The notes under the pieces: generated by a model | Database searches by the model: none | Told to the model about the DNA's origin: nothing | The model's input: the letters and a program-made list of their open reading frames with translations, nothing else | Position numbers and translations under genes: made by a program | Source: a virus | Taxonomy: Duplodnaviria; Caudoviricetes | Length of the DNA stretch: 64,000 nt | Reading direction: 5' to 3' (one strand) | IMG/VR virus record: IMGVR_UViG_3300003086_000115 | Shown here: positions 59,650-64,000 of the stretch, piece after piece | Position numbering within the stretch: the stretch's first letter is position 1 | Layout: each line of letters begins with the position of its first letter

Positions 59650-61015
59650 GGATATACAAAAGTTTTTCTTAGAGATGATGCTTGGCGATGCTGAGAGTTA
59701 TATTCGGGTACAAAATATTTACAATGTTGAGAACTTCCATGCTGATTTACAAGAAATTGCAGAGTTCATAAAGACACACTCAGATAACCACGGTACGTTA
59801 CCGACCTATGAACAAGTTACAGCCACTACAGGTCTTAAAGTAGAACCTGTATCAGAATTAACTGCCGGGCATTATGATTGGTTTTTAACAGAGTTTGAAG
59901 GATTTACACGTAGACAAGAATTAGAACGTGCAATACTACAAAGTGCAGATTTATTAGAGAAAGGTGAGTATGATCCTGTAGAAAAAATTATTAAAGATGC
60001 AGTACAGATTAGCCTAACTAAAGACATGGGCACTGATTACTTTGCAGATCCTAGAGCTAGACTCTTAGCAATTAAAGAAAACAACGGACAAGTTAGTACA
60101 GGATGGCCGATGCTTGATAAGAAGTTGTACGGTGGGTTTAATAAAGGCGAGTTACAGATATTTGCAGGTGGATCTGGCTCCGGTAAGTCGTTGTTTATGC
60201 AGAATTTAATAGTTAATTGGGTAGAGCAAGGACTTAATGGAGTGTTTATAACACTAGAATTAAGTGAGAATTTATGTAGTTGGCGTATAGATTCTATGAT
60301 GACAGACACAGCAACTAAGCAAGTATTCAGAGACTTAGATAACGTTGAGATGAAAGTTAAGATGCTAGGAAAGAAGTACGGTAAGCTACGTATTAAGTAC
60401 ATGCCAGCACAGAGTACAGTTAATGACATTAGATCTTACGTTAAAGAACTAGAGATACAACATGGCATAAAGATGGACTGTATGTGTATTGATTATTTAG
60501 ACTTATTAATGCCAGTTGGTACTAAGGTTAGTCCTGAGAATTTGTTTGTTAAAGACAAGTACGTATCAGAAGAGATAAGAAATCTAGCAAAAGAGCTAGA
60601 CATTATTATGGTAACAGCATCGCAGTTAAACAGGTCAGCAGTAGAAGAAATAGAGTTTGATCATAGTCATATTTCGGGTGGTATTTCTAAAATTAATACA
60701 GCAGATAATGTATTCGGTATTTTTACAAGCAGAGCAATGCGTGAAAGAGGAAAGTATCAAATACAGTTAATGAAAACACGTTCTAGTTCGGGTGTAGGAC
60801 AAAAAGTAGAACTAGAGTTTGACATGAATACTCTAAGAATTACAGACGAGGGTGCAGAACTTGAAGATACACCGACATCAAGTGAGATAATGTCAAAAAT
60901 TAAAATAGGAGCTCCGAGTATACCTCCAGAGAATACACCAAAAGTAAAAGCAAATACATCAAATACGCAAAGTGCTAAATTGCAGAGCATGTTGAATAGC
61001 ATTAAATCTAAATAA
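59633..61015 (+). CDS. gp41: Replicative DnaB-like helicase
   Basis: GGSGSGKS, ITLELSE, IDYLDL, TASQLNR, MKTRSS. Confidence 0.93.
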   Translation: MKEYGKDIQKFFLEMMLGDAESYIRVQNIYNVENFHADLQEIAEFIKTHSDNHGTLPTYEQVTATTGLKVEPVSELTAGHYDWFLTEFEGFTRRQELERAILQSADLLEKGEYDPVEKIIKDAVQISLTKDMGTDYFADPRARLLAIKENNGQVSTGWPMLDKKLYGGFNKGELQIFAGGSGSGKSLFMQNLIVNWVEQGLNGVFITLELSENLCSWRIDSMMTDTATKQVFRDLDNVEMKVKMLGKKYGKLRIKYMPAQSTVNDIRSYVKELEIQHGIKMDCMCIDYLDLLMPVGTKVSPENLFVKDKYVSEEIRNLAKELDIIMVTASQLNRSAVEEIEFDHSHISGGISKINTADNVFGIFTSRAMRERGKYQIQLMKTRSSSGVGQKVELEFDMNTLRITDEGAELEDTPTSSEIMSKIKIGAPSIPPENTPKVKANTSNTQSAKLQSMLNSIKSK

Positions 61016-61040
61016 ATACAGCAACTACTAGGGGTCATTA

Positions 61041-61298
61041 ATGCAAAAACGGACAAGAAGCATTCTTGAAGAACTTGAGAATTTTCATATTGAAAGTGAT
61101 AAGAAACATATTATTAGGAGTCGTGCCGATAGCCTTATTGAAAGCGCAGGTAGATTGTTAGATTTAATTTCTGAAACTTATACTAATGAAGAAGCTGAGA
61201 ACTTATCCCGTAAGTTATTGAATTCGATAAAAAGTGGTGATAATCGTAAGTTTCAACGTAGTCTAAGGAAAATAAATGAGGGTAAAGGAAGTAATTAA
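61041..61298 (+). CDS. Hypothetical late protein
   Basis: TAAATA promoter upstream; small helical ORF. Confidence 0.55.
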   Translation: MQKRTRSILEELENFHIESDKKHIIRSRADSLIESAGRLLDLISETYTNEEAENLSRKLLNSIKSGDNRKFQRSLRKINEGKGSN

Positions 61299-62028
61299 CG
61301 AAGGTCTAATGGACCATGTCAGACGGTTTGTTGGCTCTATTAAAGGTAGTGGATTCTTAAATGCTTTTAAAGAAGCAAAGCAAGACAGCAAGATTCGTGA
61401 TGCCGCAGAAGGATGGCTTAATACTTGGAAGTTCCGTTTGGCCGACATAATAAAAAGGAACAAAGGTCAAGTCCCATCACAACAAATAATACAAGCAGAG
61501 TTATCACAGTTTATACACGGTGATATGCAAGTGCCGCAGAGTAGATACTCACAAAAAGGAATACAAGAATTAGTAGATTATAGTACTAGTGGACAAATAG
61601 GTACCAATAAGTCATTGAACTATATGACAGCATTGTTTACATTAAGCTTAGTACCGGTAGAAGAGCTCGAACCAACACCTACAGTAAGTGCAGAGATGCC
61701 AGCAGTACAAGCAGTAGTACCGTTTGGAGAAGAAGTACCAACAAGCGAGAAGCGTCCTGGTAATATTGTACCTGTTAAAGCTGTAAAAGCAGACGGTGCA
61801 ATATTTGTTAAGTTTGACGGAGCATGGTTCTACGATATGGATGGATCCGGCATTAAGTTTAAGTTAAGTCCGACCCCAATAGAAAATCCAGTCGGATTAG
61901 AAATGGAAGATGCAACGGAAATGCCTGTTAGGATTGGACCGTCGGGTACTAGAACGCTAAGACGATTAAATCCAACACAAGCACAGCAATGGCTAGGTGG
62001 GCGCATGCAACAAGCAAGAGGAGAATAA
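61276..62028 (+). CDS. Putative head-internal protein
   Basis: MRVKEVINE|G leader of T4 internal-protein type. Confidence 0.5.
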   Translation: MRVKEVINEGLMDHVRRFVGSIKGSGFLNAFKEAKQDSKIRDAAEGWLNTWKFRLADIIKRNKGQVPSQQIIQAELSQFIHGDMQVPQSRYSQKGIQELVDYSTSGQIGTNKSLNYMTALFTLSLVPVEELEPTPTVSAEMPAVQAVVPFGEEVPTSEKRPGNIVPVKAVKADGAIFVKFDGAWFYDMDGSGIKFKLSPTPIENPVGLEMEDATEMPVRIGPSGTRTLRRLNPTQAQQWLGGRMQQARGE

Positions 62029-62029
62029 G

Positions 62030-62182
62030 ATGGAAGAAGAGAACATTAATGAAACTGAGAGCGAAGTTTATTTTTTAGCACGGTTAAGAGATAAAATAAT
62101 CTCTACAGGTAGTGAAGTAATATTTGAAACAGATGATGATGCTGAAGAAGAGCCTGTTTACTTAAAGATGCATGATGAGTAA
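62030..62182 (+). CDS. Small acidic protein (probable start 62030)
   Basis: AGGAG RBS before ATG 62030. Confidence 0.5.
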   Translation: MEEENINETESEVYFLARLRDKIISTGSEVIFETDDDAEEEPVYLKMHDE

Positions 62183-62741
62183 TTTCTCTTTCCTACAAGA
62201 CCTAACTGAAGCAAGAGTATTCAGACGTTTATCTGAAGTTAAGAATATGGATGTTGATCAAGTAGCGTTAATAATGCTGAACTACTTTTATGCGCTTATG
62301 ATATTGTGGCATGAAGACCAAAAGACAGCAATAAAATATGCTAAGTCCATAATGGTATATCCTACGTTTAAAGAGTTTAAAGTATCGCAACCAGACTTAT
62401 ATAATGCAATGGTTATGCTAATGCAACAAGAGAAGTACTTCGGTAAGCAGTCTAGTTTCTCATTACCTGAGTTACGTATAAGAAGAATATTGCGAGATAT
62501 GGCTAACGGTAGAGTAGATGAACGTGATTTCTATCAGCTAATGCTAATATTAATGCGGGAGACTAAAGGTACTAACGATATGCATCAGAAGTTAAGAAGA
62601 CAAATGCATGACTACGATAGAGCAAGCGTATTTGATAGAATACGTAATATTAGACATCTACTGTTGGCAATACGTAAAGGTGTTAGTATATATCCTGATC
62701 TACATGCCCCACTCCAGAAAGCTTTGAACAGACTGACATAA
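62172..62741 (+). CDS. Putative head protein
   Basis: FSFLQDLTE|AR leader. Confidence 0.45.
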   Translation: MMSNFSFLQDLTEARVFRRLSEVKNMDVDQVALIMLNYFYALMILWHEDQKTAIKYAKSIMVYPTFKEFKVSQPDLYNAMVMLMQQEKYFGKQSSFSLPELRIRRILRDMANGRVDERDFYQLMLILMRETKGTNDMHQKLRRQMHDYDRASVFDRIRNIRHLLLAIRKGVSIYPDLHAPLQKALNRLT

Positions 62742-62798
62742 ATAAGTGTAAGATACAACGGTTGTTGTCTCTACAAACAAAGAATAAAGGAGTCTATT

Positions 62799-63077
62799 AT
62801 GGCATCAGTAACTAAAGTACATGGTAATCATGGCGCATTTGAAGCAGTCGGTCGTGACATTGCTATTTCAACATTTTCTAAATCTAACATGACACAAGCA
62901 GAATTAAATGATGTTTGTGATTTTGTCATGACAACTAACACTATTACAGCAGTTGGTACATTTGAAGCAGGCGTAACTGACGTAGTTACGGTTATTACTG
63001 AAGGTCCGGCAATTGCGGCAGGTTCTAACTTCGGTGGCGTAACAGGTGTTACATCAGCGGCATTAGCTAACTACTAA
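62799..63077 (+). CDS. Small virion structural protein
   Basis: Late promoter, AAGGAG RBS, own terminator, Thr/Gly/Ala/Val-rich. Confidence 0.6.
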   Translation: MASVTKVHGNHGAFEAVGRDIAISTFSKSNMTQAELNDVCDFVMTTNTITAVGTFEAGVTDVVTVITEGPAIAAGSNFGGVTGVTSAALANY

Positions 63078-63108
63078 GAGTTAATCTTACGTAGTGCTTT
63101 AAGCACGT

Positions 63109-63141
63109 AAAAAAGCCTGGTTTTTTAGCCAGGCTTTTTTT
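63109..63141 (+). terminator. Intrinsic terminator
   Basis: AAAAAAGCCTGG-TTTTTTAG-CCAGGCTTTTTTT. Confidence 0.9.
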
Positions 63142-63158
63142 ATGACGTAAATAGCGAC

Positions 63159-63389
63159 ATGGATAATTTAAAAGACGTTAAAACAATTTACGAAAGCCCA
63201 GATGGCGGCAAGACTGTTTATGCTAGGCAAATAGGTTCTAAGGAACGTAGATTAATTGTAACAGACGACACAGAGAATTGGCGTTACTATCTTAGATACA
63301 AGGATTGGGATACCTTAGCAATAGAAAACCCGGCTATAAGAGAAACATTAGAACAACTTAAAATCTTAGAAACCCTTTGCAACACGTAA
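63159..63389 (+). CDS. Hypothetical protein
   Basis: IYESPDGGKTVYAR motif; leaderless late gene. Confidence 0.6.
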   Translation: MDNLKDVKTIYESPDGGKTVYARQIGSKERRLIVTDDTENWRYYLRYKDWDTLAIENPAIRETLEQLKILETLCNT

Positions 63390-63841
63390 CAGTATATTCT
63401 CTATTTGATATTACTGAGACTGCTGTAGTTAGAAGTTTTAGGATTGATCAACTACCACTTGTTACTAAAACAGGTATAGAGATTACTAACGAACAAGAGT
63501 GGAGATTTCGCCGCAGACAGCAAAGTAACTATGAGGTATTATTACAAGTACTGTCGTTAAGGATACAACCGTTGATGTTAGGAGGTCCTAAAATAAAGAC
63601 TAACCAATTGCTTTCTAAATATAAATTTGATAAGAAATACAAAGGTAAGCATACAGTTTGGACATTAGAGTTTGAGTTTGAATCAGTAGGTGCATTAGCA
63701 ATTGCGGATGATACTGTAGGTGCGTTATATCAGGATTGTAATAATGTTCCTATGTTACAAGATTTAACCGAAACAGTACAGGTTAACGGACACTTTAATT
63801 GTAAAGAGCGTAACATATACTTTGAATCAGGTAATAAATAA
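63377..63841 (+). CDS. Hypothetical protein
   Basis: LFDIT.T...R.QQ.N...LLQV.SLR.QP...W...FE.E pattern. Confidence 0.55.
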   Translation: MQHVTVYSLFDITETAVVRSFRIDQLPLVTKTGIEITNEQEWRFRRRQQSNYEVLLQVLSLRIQPLMLGGPKIKTNQLLSKYKFDKKYKGKHTVWTLEFEFESVGALAIADDTVGALYQDCNNVPMLQDLTETVQVNGHFNCKERNIYFESGNK

Positions 63842-63845
63842 CAGT

Positions 63846-64000
63846 ATGAAAAAGACTTTCAGTAAGGTTAAACGCAAACTTAAAAAGCTAGTTAAAAAAG
63901 AGTTCACAGCTGATTCTAATGAATTGATTTCAAAGATAGGCGACACGTACATTGTTTATAATCAATATCAGATTATTCCAGATGATAATAAGTTTAACAT
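63846..64000 (+). CDS. 5' part of a hypothetical protein (runs off the window)
   Basis: TAAATA-N5-ATG; frame open to the end. Confidence 0.5.
   Translation, partial: MKKTFSKVKRKLKKLVKKEFTADSNELISKIGDTYIVYNQYQIIPDDNKFN

Noticed and set aside
36585-61015. Inteins or introns in terminase, UvsW, primase and helicase
   Set aside because: Lengths are normal and motifs contiguous
1-64000. Stop-codon reassignment
   Set aside because: Core genes are full length in code 11, and TAA, TAG and TGA all end genes; the fibre breaks are frame changes, not in-frame stops

Overview
A 64-kb segment of a large AT-rich T4-superfamily (myovirus, probably jumbo) phage genome. It uses the standard code and is almost entirely coding. 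1-14 kb: tail fibre/adhesin genes, three ending in the same autoproteolytic chaperone-type domain; one ~2080-codon repeat fibre is broken by two compensating frameshifts. 14-30 kb: neck (gp13/14/15), SOD, exonuclease, sheath gp18, tube gp19, head completion gp4, HNH genes and a micro-membrane-protein island. 30-40 kb: putative head-internal proteins sharing an N-terminal leader, a SLOG+PRTase pair, a radical SAM enzyme and terminase gp17. 40-61 kb: replication/recombination core (gp32, UvsX, UvsY, UvsW, AAA+ ATPase, gp62-like, a 194-aa mini DnaE, PhoH, primase, helicase), interleaved with paralogous glycan-modifying enzymes. Regulatory signals are visible: T4-type late promoters (TATAAATA/TAAATA), sigma70 promoters and many apparently leaderless genes. 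Best candidates for new biology: (i) a structured RNA 3' of the AAA+ gene whose loops are antisense to that gene's RBS and to RBSs of structural genes; (ii) a ~345-nt highly structured intergenic RNA before the primase; (iii) a cassette array of 'MNLQESI' capsid-cargo genes including bacteriocin-like peptides; (iv) an early SLOG plus a late, possibly capsid-targeted PRTase, resembling DprA-PRTase toxin-antitoxin systems. All assignments come from reading motifs by eye; no searches or folding programs were run.
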